NCBI GenBank assembly: GCA_964016885.1
Contig: OZ024741.1
Coordinates: 208,940,001 to 209,004,000, forward strand
DNA: 64,000 nt
Source: Eledone cirrhosa
Taxonomy: Eukaryota
Direction of reading: 5' to 3'
This document shows, in pieces, positions 1 through 12,479 of this stretch. Under the pieces are notes generated by a model. The model was not told where the DNA came from and did no database searches. It saw only the letters and a list, made by a program, of their open reading frames with translations. How positions within the stretch are numbered: the stretch's first letter is position 1; each line of letters opens with the position of its first letter. Position numbers and translations under genes: made by a program.

Positions 1-179
1 CATATATATATACATACACATTTTTTTCACTAAAACACTCACACATCATTCTTATTTGTACACAAATTTCTCATAAACAGTTTATACACACAAAAATTCA
101 TATTTATATGGACAAATACACAACATATTCGCAAAATTCATACACAGACTTATATACACAAGCATGTATACACATATAT

Positions 180-637
180 CCTACATATAAACATCTAAAA
201 TTTCTAGAAAACACTTACACTTATACATACATTTAAACACACACTCTCATACACAACCACACACACACATACACATACACTCATAACCATACACACAGAA
301 CCACACACACACATACACATACACTCATAACCATACACACAGAACCACACACACACAACCACACACGCAAAACTACACACACACAAACACACACATACAC
401 ACATACACTGACATATACAAAGACAATATATTCACAGCAGCGATACACTCTGCACAATCACAGACTGCCACAAAATACACACATATACAGGTACACATAA
501 TCAGACAATAACAAAATCACACAAACACACAAAAACAATGAGATTCATTGAGACGTACCCAATATGTATGCAGCTACAATTCCAATATCACTGATGTTCA
601 CACAGACATGCGCACTCAAACATACAAACACAGACTG
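180..637 (+). repeat. CA-rich interspersed repeat, copy 1 (other copies about 2340-2790 + and 5590-5930 -)
   Basis: Shared unique blocks TAAACATCTAAAATTTCTAGAAAA (188, 2346) and CAATATATTCACAG.AGCGATACACT...AATCACAGACTGCCA (424, 2518; reverse complement about 5735-5785). Confidence 0.6.
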
Positions 638-726
638 ATACATACATACATACATACATACATACATACATACATACATACATACATACATACATACATA
701 CATACATACATACATACATACATACA
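638..726. repeat. (CATA)n microsatellite
   Basis: Direct reading; further (CATA)n tracts at 1706-1743 and 2265-2330. Confidence 0.95.
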
Positions 727-1705
727 GGTTTATGAGCATGAAGAAAAAAATATCATTAGGAAGGCCACTGATCTGGAGGAGAGGTATAGAATAAAGCCTG
801 ATATAAATCTCTCAGAGAAATCGGAAGATCCTATTCAATGTTCAAACAAGAAGAAAAAATTGACCAATTTACAGAAAAAGTTGTGCATGGATACTTGAGA
901 CGTAAAACACAGACCATAGAGGGGATAAATCACTCAAAACGCCTAGCATGTTTATGACATCACACCTTGAGGGATATCTCTGTGCAATACAAGAACAAGA
1001 ACTCCCTACCAAACATCTGCTGCACAAAAGAGGATGGCCATCAGCTGACAATAAATGTAGGCTATGTAAAACAAAGATCGAATATGTAAGCCACATTGCT
1101 GCCAGCTGCGAAAGAATGTCATCTCGCTACTACCTCCCCATTAGACACGATGGGATAGCTAGAACCATCTGGAACGCACTTCGGAAAACAAAATTAAAAA
1201 CAAACGAGGAAGAATATATTGAGACAGATGGCACTAAGGAATACTGGTGGAACCTGAAAATAAAAACTGCCACCAAATTAAAGCACAACCGGCCTGATAT
1301 TGTTGTTTGGGACCACACATTGAAAACGTGTTCTGTTGTGGGGATCAGCTGCCCACTTGTGGTAAACGTTGTCAGAAAAATATAGGAGAAGGAGGACAAC
1401 TACGGACCATTGATGAGGAGTTTACAAATCCAGTATCCAAGATACACCTTTAGCTTCATACCCTCATTATTTGAGCTACAGGTTATATACCAACCCGCTT
1501 GGACCAATGTATAACTGAACTTGGATTTGCGGACAAAGAGCGCAGCTCCCTAATTCATAGTCTACAAATAGCTGCGATATCTGGCACCTTCAAAATTTTC
1601 AAAACATTCTTGCGATTCAAGGGATGACAATTTTATTTCTTTTACAACCTTGCCACCAGGATGGTGGCCGGTCAAAATTATACTCGAAATTAAGAGAAAG
1701 AGATA
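727..1705 (+). mobile_element. 5'-truncated R4/Dong-like RLE non-LTR retrotransposon (pseudogenised C-terminus and 3' UTR)
   Basis: ORF 948-1385 has AIQEQ, the CRLC-x8-H-x4-C knuckle, RHD and RPDIVVWD (PD-(D/E)xK restriction-like endonuclease); stops and frameshifts follow; (CATA)n on both sides. Confidence 0.85.
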
Positions 1706-1743
1706 ATACATACATGCATACATACAGACATACATACATACAT

Positions 1744-2258
1744 GGTGGCTGCCAACTCGTTTTCGAGTACGGCCACTACTTTATATCCATGTAGGAGAAC
1801 CCCTACCGATGCGCTGAACGAGTGTGACTTTTTAGTCCAGCCAGTGACTTGAAAAGACTCGTACAAACATTACACTTGTGACAATTATTGACACATAGTG
1901 CTGGGCCCATGGTACCATGTGACGACAATTGCAGATCTCCAGATATAAAGCAATGCCTATGCCGTGAAGCTTTTATAGTGAGCAAAGGTACTGCACAAAG
2001 CCAGTCCCACTCTCTTAACCAAGATGATATTTACCAAAAAGAAGAACAAGTCAACATCATTGGATACCATCAGGGTTGCAGGTCTTATATCAGAGTTTTC
2101 CTTCTCCTAGAATTCTGCCTTGACAAAGGCTAAGGGGTCATCTCTCTCGGTGATTTTGGATGGCCATTGACTCTTAAGAGCTCCTTTGCCCTTTTGAGAG
2201 GTTTTGTTTTTAGTCCTGCAGGATGTCCAAAGTCACCCTCCTCACCAAGAAACCTTGG
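1744..2258 (-). mobile_element. Non-autonomous bipartite RTE-derived element (5' UTR fused to 3' end)
   Basis: Minus strand carries the RTE 5'-UTR-like motif GGCAG..TTCTAGGAGAAGGAAAACTCTGA, a terminal C2H2 finger CNVC..FKSLAGLKSHTRSAH*, a 3' stem-loop ACTCG-AAAA-CGAGT and a (TGTA)n tail. Confidence 0.6.
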
Positions 2259-2836
2259 TGTATGTATACATACATACATACATACATACATACATACATA
2301 CATACATACATACATACATACATACATACACATATATGGTATATGTAAACATCTAAAATTTCTAGAAAACAGATATCCACATTTACATACATACACATAA
2401 ACATACACTCACACACACACACACATAAACATACACTCACACACATAAACATACACTCACACACACACGCACACAACCATACACATACATACACAACCAC
2501 ACACACATAAACAAAGGCAATATATTCACAGTAGCGATACACTTTAGATAATCACAGACTGCCATAATTCCAATATAACAGAAGCTCACACAGACACACG
2601 TACACTCAAACACACACACCACCACATGCACAACCACACACACACACAAACACACACATAATCACATACACACACAACCACATACACAACCACACACAAC
2701 CACACACATAACCACACACACAATCACACACACAATCACACACACCACACACACACAAACACACACACACAAACACACACACACAGACTGTGTGTATTTA
2801 TATATGCAAGTGTATGTGAATGTATGGATATATATA

Positions 2837-3762
<926 letters not shown>

Positions 3763-3822
3763 GTGCGTATATTCCTACATACACACACACACAGATATAT
3801 ATGTATATATGTATGTATACCC

Positions 3823-3896
<74 letters not shown>

Positions 3897-4094
3897 GTAC
3901 ACGTACATACATATATGTATACAGACGTACAGTAGAATGTATATATATATACATACATGCACACATATATATATGTACGTATGGATTCACCGAACATTTA
4001 TTATAATGCTCGGTGTGTTTGTAAACAAACATCCCGTATTAAGCCGTAGTGTCCAGCAACCATCGTTGCTCGTTTGTTCAACACTGACAAAGGA

Positions 4095-4137
4095 ACGCTG
4101 TACTAGTTTCAAGCTTATTAACTATCGTCAGCAACGT
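4095..4137 (-). ncRNA. Minimal type I hammerhead ribozyme motif (family A)
   Basis: Reverse complement reads ACGTTG CTGACGA T-AGTT-AATA-AGCT-T GAAA CTAG TA CAGCGT. Confidence 0.75.
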
Positions 4138-4319
4138 ATACCTTCCTGCCAGATTATTGAACGTATATAAGAGTGGGAAATGAAATTTTGTTTCATTTTT
4201 TCCGTTTATCGTTTTCAGTGCACCCAGCCGATTAACCCACTCGATATGCAAATTGGGCTACTCAGCCGTGAATATGCATAAGGTAAGTATATACGTTCAA
4301 TAATCTGGCATGAAGGTAT

Positions 4320-4362
4320 ACGTTGCTGACGATAGCTAATAAGCTTGAAACTAGTACAGCGT
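4320..4362 (+). ncRNA. Minimal type I hammerhead ribozyme motif (family A)
   Basis: ACGTTG CTGACGA T-AGCT-AATA-AGCT-T GAAA CTAG TA CAGCGT: 6-bp helix I, core boxes, palindromic helix III (ACTAGT), GUA site. Confidence 0.8.
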
Positions 4363-5038
4363 TCCTTTGTCAGTGTTGAAAAAACGAGCAACGATGGTTG
4401 CTGGACACTACGGCTTAATACGGGATGTTTGTTTACAAACTCACTGAACATTATAATAAATGTTCGGTGAATCCATACGTACATATATATATGTGTGCAT
4501 GCATGTTTATATATATATACATACTACTGTACGTCTGTATACATATATGTATGTACGTGTACATACTTATATTTAAGTAACAGCCGTACTAAGAGTGGGA
4601 AATGAAATTTTGTTTCATTTTTTCCGTTTATATATATACATATATATATATATATGTGTGTGTGTGTGTATATAAATATAAATATATATATACGCACGCG
4701 CGCGCACACACATACGCACAGACATATATATATATATATATATATCAATAAATATGGTAATCGATAATTGATAGTTAGATTGCTGTAAGCCTCCTCATTT
4801 CATTTTAAACCAATAATATCAATACAGTTTTCTCTTTCACATTTCCCCCTCCTCCCCCAACTCCTTTCTCACATCCTCATTATCATCAATGTGCTCATTT
4901 TTCTTCATTGTTTTCAATTTTATGTGATGCATTCTAATATACACACACATCTGTCTATATATATATGTGTGTGTGTGTGTGGTGCATATATTTTTATGCA
5001 TATTATATCTACTCCATATTAATATATATACATATATG

Positions 5039-5109
<71 letters not shown>

Positions 5110-5116
5110 ATATATA

Positions 5117-5235
<119 letters not shown>

Positions 5236-5280
5236 GTATATATGTATATATATATGTGTGTGTGGGTGTGTGTATATATA

Positions 5281-5314
<34 letters not shown>

Positions 5315-5802
5315 GATATAGATAAAGATATAGATATCTGTGTGAACACAAGCTTGTATACATACATAAATATATACACACAAACAATCATATGTACGTA
5401 GTTAATATTTGATATTAGCTCAACACACCATGTGTTGTGACGCCATTAAAGCGCAACATATCACGTGGTGTATATATTCTCTCTAATTGACGCCATTTAA
5501 TAGATGTCGAAACATTATCATGAGCCATTGAAAATACAATATTAGGGTTTGAATACCGTGGATTTTATTGGAATTTAGTTGTGTAAAGCTATGAATGTGT
5601 GTGTAGATTTGTAGGTTTGCGTGATTGTGTGATGGTATGCATGTAGGCATATCTGTGTCCATGTAAATGTACGTGCCTGTGTATGCATGTTTGAGTACGT
5701 ATGTGTTTCTGGGTGAGCTTCTGTTATATTGGAATTGTGGGTTTCTGTGATTGTGTAAAGTGTATCGCTACTTTGAGTATATTGCCTTTGTCTATGCGAG
5801 TG

Positions 5803-5833
<31 letters not shown>

Positions 5834-6211
5834 TAGTGTGTATATTTGTGTGTGTGTATGTGGTTATGTGTGTGGTTGTGTGTGTGTGTTTGTGTATGCG
5901 GTGGTGTGTGTGTTTTGGAATACATTTTATTCGTGCGTGAGTATGTGTATATGTATGCATATATGTATATATACATACATATATATAGAGAGAGAGGGGG
6001 ATGGGGTGGGGGTAATGTATGAGGAATAATCCACTTATATTTTTGTAAGGTGTGTAAAGCATGCAGGAATTAAACTACAGGATGTATTCCAAAAAGATGA
6101 TGAAAACCACAGACAATAAATAAGCAATACAAAAATCTATATTGTCGTAGTCTAGGGATTGTAACATTCAGTTACTGTAGGTTCACCAAAGTGAACAGTT
6201 GAAGTGTAATA

Positions 6212-6641
6212 AATAATTGTTTCTACTTTTGGCACAAGGCCAGCAATTACCCAGTACATTACTGGTACTTTATTTTATCGACCCCGTAAGGATGAAAGGC
6301 AAAGTTAACCTTGGCGGGATTTGAACTCAGACCATAAAGGGCCGTAACTCTTTGCTGCAAAGCATGGCGTCCGACCCTCTACCGATACTGCCAATCCACC
6401 GCCCTATGTAATAAATAATAATTGTTTCTTATATAGGCACAAGGCCAGCAATTTTGGGAGCGGGGGGGGAAGCGATTAAATTGACCCCAGTGCATTACTG
6501 GTGCTTTATTTTTTCGACCCCGTAAGGATGAAAGGCAAAGTTAACCTCGGCGGGATTTGAACTCAGACCGTAAAGGGCCGTAACTCCACGTTACAAAGTA
6601 TGGTGTCCGACCCTCTACCAATACTGCCAATCCACCGCCCT
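6212..6641 (-). mobile_element. Two tandem copies of tRNA-derived SINE family 1
   Basis: Reverse complement has A-box-like TTGGCAGTATCGG, B-box GAGTTCAAATCCC, conserved GCCTTTCATCCTTACGGGGTCGATAAAATAAAGTACCAG and an ATT tail. Confidence 0.9.
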
Positions 6642-6890
6642 AATAATAATAATAAAAAGGACTTTATATCTTCATTACATTTATTGTGGTGTGACCTGCG
6701 TTTCGCGATTGATCAGCGCAAGGCTCGATCTGTATCGATCTGGAATTAAAATTTCCGGACTTCTAGAAATCCGACGAGCTTGAGCGGATCAATCGCGAAA
6801 CAGCTGTATAGAAATTTCAGAATTTTACCATCTATGTAAGTTCTTTGACTTGCTATCCGATTGCTCTTTGGTAATGCATATATATATATA

Positions 6891-7253
6891 TACAAATTTT
6901 AGTACAGCATTAATGAAGGTTTAGTTTGCGGCCAAGCTAACGACAGAACAAAGGATTTACTTCTTCAACAAGTCTTGTGTTCTTTAGCCTCTGCGGGTAT
7001 GTTCTAGCAGTAAATTTCGCTATAGACACGTGGTTTTCCCAAGGGAGGTAACCCCCGTTTTGGCGGTGAATTCGAAATTTGAGACAAAGGAATGAAATTC
7101 CCTTAGACAAACCGAATTAAGCACTCAACCAGATGTTATCAAACAAACATAAACAATTAATCAATCAATAGAATTATCTAATTAAATTAATCGGTTAATC
7201 GTTAATTCTAGGAGTTAAAATACACATTTTAGTACAGCATTAACGAAGCTTTA
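6891..7253. repeat. 330-bp unit with 33-bp terminal redundancy inserted in (TA)n
   Basis: 6891-6923 is repeated at 7221-7253; (TA)n on both sides. Confidence 0.7.
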
Positions 7254-7263
7254 TATATATATA

Positions 7264-7385
7264 CGAGGGTAATCGCAAAAGTAAGGTCTCCAAAGCGATT
7301 GGATGCTCAATCTTGGCTTGGCAGCCGTTGAGAATGGAGCTCCCGTTGAACGCTACCGCCAAGTGCGAATTTCGCGCAGTTATTA
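7264..7385 (+). mobile_element. Mariner 5' end fragment
   Basis: TA|CGAGGGTAATCGCAAAAGTAAGGTCTCC TIR followed by a transposase start MELPLNATAKCEFRAVI. Confidence 0.7.
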
Positions 7386-7389
7386 TATA

Positions 7390-7565
7390 CTAGGGCAATC
7401 CCAAAAGTAAGATCTCCTTCCGAGGAAAACATGCGTAAAGATCGGCGGATCACTCTAGATGCTTTCTGCATTTTGGTTCCTGAGGTTTCCCGAAGCACCA
7501 TCCACAGGATTTTAACAGAAAAGTTGCAATATTGGAAGGAGACCTTATTTTGGGGATTGCCCTAG
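7390..7565 (+). mobile_element. 176-bp mariner-derived MITE
   Basis: About 32-bp TIRs (CTAGGGCAATCCCAAAAGTAAGATCTCCTTCC), TA flanks, interior encodes an HTH piece DRRITLD...VSRSTIHRILTEKL. Confidence 0.85.
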
Positions 7566-7834
7566 TATATATATATATATATATATAAATGAAAAGTATA
7601 GAAATTATTGTAGCAAGAAGCCAACAGTATTCCATAATATATATATATATGTTCTAACTCTCAGATCTTCTTATGGCATTGCGCCTATATAATATACATG
7701 TATACCTTTGGCTAGACAATTTCTTACCCTTGAATTATATGTGTATATATATATACAAATAAAAGGTAGAGTTAATAACTCATACTGATACCCTGTAATT
7801 AACAAGCTCAAAGAATAAATACTGAGCATTTTAA

Positions 7835-7950
7835 TAATATATGTAGTAATAAACACAGTAAATCGTGTGTCTAAAATTACGAGGGTTGAAGTATTTCAAC
7901 CCTCATAATTTTAGACACACGATTTACTGTGTTTATTACTACATATATTA
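7835..7950. repeat. Near-perfect fold-back (about 56-bp arms), same terminus as 26125-26430
   Basis: ATAAACACAGTAAATCGTGTGTCTAAAATTACGAG and its reverse complement around a 4-nt centre. Confidence 0.9.
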
Positions 7951-8247
7951 TATATATATGAGATTTTTAATCTTAAATAACTGATTTTGACAAGTCCCAA
8001 GAAGGGAACGAAAGGTTCGTAAATCAACGTTTAATGTAAAAACATATTTGGTGTCTATGTTAATGGATAATTTGCTTCATGTGCAATTATTATTTTTAGC
8101 ACAATAGAATTTTGTATACATGCTTGTTTAGAAAATTCATTCAAAGAAGTATGAAACAGCCTTTTGTACTGCTTATTATAATAAATTACTGTCTTTAACT
8201 TCTCCATCTATGTTTCTAATTCTTTATATTGTTTTTGTAAAAAAAAC

Positions 8248-8600
8248 TAGTAATGAGTCGGATTCGCAGTCTTGAGGTTGTGATTTCGATTCTCGTATTG
8301 GGCTATGAGTTGTGTCATTGAACAACCAGTAATGCTCTGGGATAATTGCTGCCCTTGTGCCAAAAGTAGAAACAATTATTTCACGTTACTCCAGTTCACT
8401 CTGTTGGAAAAATGAGTTGCGTCATCACTGGTGCCAAGCTGTATCGGTCTTTGCCTTTCCCTTGGACAATATCGGTGGCGAATGAGTGGAGACTAGTATG
8501 GATGGGCGGTCCCCAACAAAATCACCTTGCCCGGACTTGTGCCTCGAAGGGAAACTTTCTAGGTGTAAATCCCAAAACCATTCGTGACCGATGCGGGTCG
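8248..8600 (+). mobile_element. SINE family 2 interrupted by a 3' fragment of SINE family 1 (about 8325-8380)
   Basis: Homologous to 22545-22838 (CCTTGCCCGGACTTGTGCCTCG..GGG.AACTTTCTAGGTG); degenerate tRNA-like head. Confidence 0.75.
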
Positions 8601-8733
8601 TTGACCTAGTGAATTGTTACTCGGAGCTTCTCGTCACCGAATAGCTACTCCCAAGTCAGATTTGCATAAATATTATACAATTCTATTTTTTCACTGTTTT
8701 GCAATTTCACTCCAGAGTAAATCCTTAATAACA

Positions 8734-8808
<75 letters not shown>

Positions 8809-8984
8809 CTCTATCTCTCTCTCTCTCTCTTTCTCTCTCCCCTCTCTCTCTCTCTCTCACTGTCTCTCTATCTCTCTGACACTCTCTTTCTCCCTCTTTC
8901 TCCCTATCTCTCTCTCTCTCTCGCTATCGTTCTCTCTTCATATATATATATATGTTGTGGAAAAATCAAAATAGTTGAGGTATT

Positions 8985-9017
<33 letters not shown>

Positions 9018-9285
9018 ACATATATATATATATATACGATGGGTAGATAGATTGATTTATAGATAGATATAGATAGATAGATTTCTTTATTTACCATAAA
9101 GGCATAAAAAGAAGGGACAAATACGAAGGGGGAGATTACATAAAACCGAGTAAAAAGGGTATAAAATGAAACAACCTCAAAAGGGAGGGGACGTGATGGG
9201 GGTTGCACACACCCCCGAAAAAGTGTGCAATCCTTTGCCCGGGGAGCACATGGAGAAGGTGCTCCCCTCTCCTTCACTTCTTTAC

Positions 9286-12200
9286 CTACAGGATGGTATA
9301 CAGAGAAGGCCCATTTACACGAGCCAATCTCGCCACTATCACCCACCTTTCATAAAACTGCCTGTGGCCAAGCACCTCTCTCTCCATTCTTATCCTTCTT
9401 CCGAAGTGATATCGGAAGAAGTAGACCAGACTATGGCCAGAGAGGAAGTTGCCTGACCTCAGACCTTTCAATCGTGTCCACCAAACAACCTCTTTCAACA
9501 TGGCTATTACGCACAGAAAAACCGCCTTTGCTTCCTTTGTGAAGAGGGGAGGCGGCTTGATTGTCATCACGGACTCGGCGGTCAATCGAATCGGCGCCAC
9601 CCGCGACAGCAGTCGTTCGGCGTAGCCCCGCAGATCAGCCACGCCTGGACATTGCACCAATGCGTGCGCAACGGTTTCTTCGTCACGCACGCATCTAGGG
9701 AAAATCTTTTTCGAGGGATCCCTGCCCGGGCGCCCGTGTCTGTAGAGCTTTTCTCGAACGGGTAGAGTCCCCCGGTAGCACTGCCAGGCCAGTGACTTCT
9801 GGAAGTTGTCCATTGGTCCCGGGCCGAAAGTCCTACTGAACAGGCTGGCCAGTTCGTCCTCTTCTATGTCCAGCGACTCTCCAAGGGTGTCATCGCCCCT
9901 GCTAGTCACCAGCCCTCTATAGAATGACGAGGTGGATTCTCCATCCATGGCCGGGTCCGCTTGCCAGAGAGCCCTGAGCGCCTGGGAACGCTCAGTGTGC
10001 CAGTCGCCTAGTTTTCCGGATCTTTGCTTGACCCAGGACTGCAACTCGGTGAGCGAGACGAGTCTCGGTTGACCAGTGAGGAATACCTGTAGGTGCCGTA
10101 GCCTTAATGCGTCCCTACGCATCATCAACCACGGCATCCCCAGCCCTTCTTTCGAAGGTTGTTGGCAGCAGATGGATCTTCTCACCATAGGAGGGCTCTT
10201 TTTCCAAAGAAATTTAAAGATCATGCGTTCCATGGTGGTGAGTGTTTCCTTAGGGCAAGGCACGACAGTCAGACGGTAGTAGGTGACGGACGCTCCACCC
10301 GACCTTTCAGGGACAGCTTACACTTGGCCCATTTCTGGGTCAGTGCAAACACATTGCTCGTAACCTCGCCCCAGTTCTTTTCCACCTGGAGGTCCGGTCC
10401 AAACCAGACCCCAAGCAGCTTCACCGGGCCCTCCGTCCAGTGTCCGACGACACCGTCGGGAGGCATCGGTCTGCCTCTCCATGTTCCGAGTTGCAGCCCG
10501 ATGGATTTTTCCCGGTTCGGTTTCGCTCCTGACAACCTTTCGTATTCCTCCAGTAAGGTGCCGATCGCCTCGATCTCCGAGTCGGTCGATACCATTACTG
10601 TTACGTCATCGGCGTAGGCCGTCACCGCTTTGCTCAATCCTGGTTCCAGGGGGATACCCTGCAACAACTCCAACTTCCTCAGTAAAGGCTCGAGAGTCAA
10701 TACGTACAGAAGGGAGGAGAGAGGGCACCCCTGTCGAATGGATCGTGTGATTTCGAACGGCTTCGTAAGGTAGCCGTTCACCTTGATCCTAGAACAGATG
10801 TGGTTGCTATGTAAGGCAGTGATCCAGCCTCTGAAAACAGGACCGAACCCAGCCACCGCTAGCACCGCATCCAGGTAACCATGGTCGACTCTATCGAACG
10901 CCTTAGACTGATCCAAGTTGATCAGGGCCCCACCGAAGCCGGGTTTGTTGCCAACCCTCTCTATGATGTATCGCATGAGGTGGAGGTTGTCGTGAATGGA
11001 CCTGGATGGGATAGCACATGTCTGCGCATCTCCCACCAGGCCACCCACGACAAGCGCCAACCTCTTTGCTAACACCTTGGCCAAAATCTTTAACTCTGTG
11101 TTTAGCAGGGTTTTGGGCCGAAAATTATTTATACTATCCCCCTTGTTCTCGTCCTTCCTCACCAGCGAGACTACGCCCTTGGCTACAGAACAAGGAATTC
11201 TCCCGTTCTGCTGCCAATTGCAGTAGACTGCTTCGAGGAGTTCGGAGAAGAAGACCGGCATTGCTAAATAAAGTTCATAAGGTATACCATCAAGACCTGG
11301 AGATTTGCATCTGCTGCATTGGCTCAGCGCATCCCCGATCTCATCAGCCGAGATTGGTCCCTCGCAGGACTCTGCCTCTTCGCTCGAGAGACGTGGCAGG
11401 CCGTCGAGGTATGGACCGAAATCCACGTCCCCGCCCGGACCCTCGCCTCCCCCGAACAATCGGGCAAAGTGCCTTTGAAAGGCCTCGCACATCTGCTTAG
11501 TCTCCCGGATGACCCGTCCATCCTCGTCTTGCAAAGACCGGATGGTGGATCGATTTCCACTCTTAGCTTCTGTCACGTTGGCCCAGCCAACGGCTTTGGC
11601 CCCCTCATTACCTAGAGCACGTATTTTACTTCGAATGACGCAGCCTTCGTGCTTTGCATCGAAAAACTGGCTCAAGGCCGTCCTCGATGCCAGCACTCTG
11701 GCCACATCTTCGCACTTGATTGCCTCTTCTAATTTACCTGTTAATTCTTTCTCGTTACTATTCCTATCGGCAGCTAACATCTTGCTATAACTTATTGATT
11801 CTGTTCTAATCTCTCTTTTGAGAGATGCCCACCATCGGTTGTTGACGATTGCACCCGTCAACCTCTATTTAACTAATCTGCTAATCCGGTTTCTGTAAGC
11901 CTCTTTTGCCGGTAAAGACAAATTAACTTTCCAGTAACTGGGACACTGTTTATGTGTTTTCTCGAGATTGACTACGCAGGTCACTAATTTGTGATCTGTA
12001 TAGCCAACCGTGAGTATTTCTGGACAGCTTAATATGTCCCTATCCTTACTTCTAACTAAGAATCTATCTAAGTACGATCTAGATTGACCACTGTGGTTCG
12101 TCCAAGTCCAGGTTGACACAGTTGGAAAATCTAGTCGATATCTATCGACCAAGTTAAAACGGTCGAGTAACCCCTTGAGGCTGTTACACCCCCCCCCCTC

Positions 12201-12446
12201 TATTAGGACATGCTCCTGCATAGTCCCAACGTGCATCTAGGATGTCATTCCAATCTCCCGCTAGAAGCAGGGAACGCGACGTTCCCAGAAAAGTCTCCAG
12301 ATGCTGGAAGAAGTCGGGTCGTTCAGCTCCGAAAGGGGAGTAGACAGCGACCAGTCTCAAGGCCGCACCTTCACTACTGCCAACGTCGAGCACCAAGTTG
12401 AGCCCAGGCCACGTGCATTCAAACATCCTACTCTTAACACATCCAT
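9286..12446 (-). pseudogene. Tx1 ORF2 (APE endonuclease, reverse transcriptase, zinc finger), disrupted
   Basis: Track ORFs 12184-12426, 11865-12236, 10269-11861 and 9286-10263 are consecutive pieces separated by frameshifts, stops and a deletion in APE. Confidence 0.9.
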
Positions 12447-12479
12447 GTGGGCGGCAAAGCCAAAGGAGAGTGTAGAGAC

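Larger units (their letters stand above)
3885..4631. mobile_element. HHR-bearing 422-bp non-coding repeat (family A), inverted arm plus 1.1 tandem units, within (TA)n
   Basis: 3885-4168 is the reverse complement of about 4308-4572; 4168-4209 is directly repeated at 4590-4631. Confidence 0.85.
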
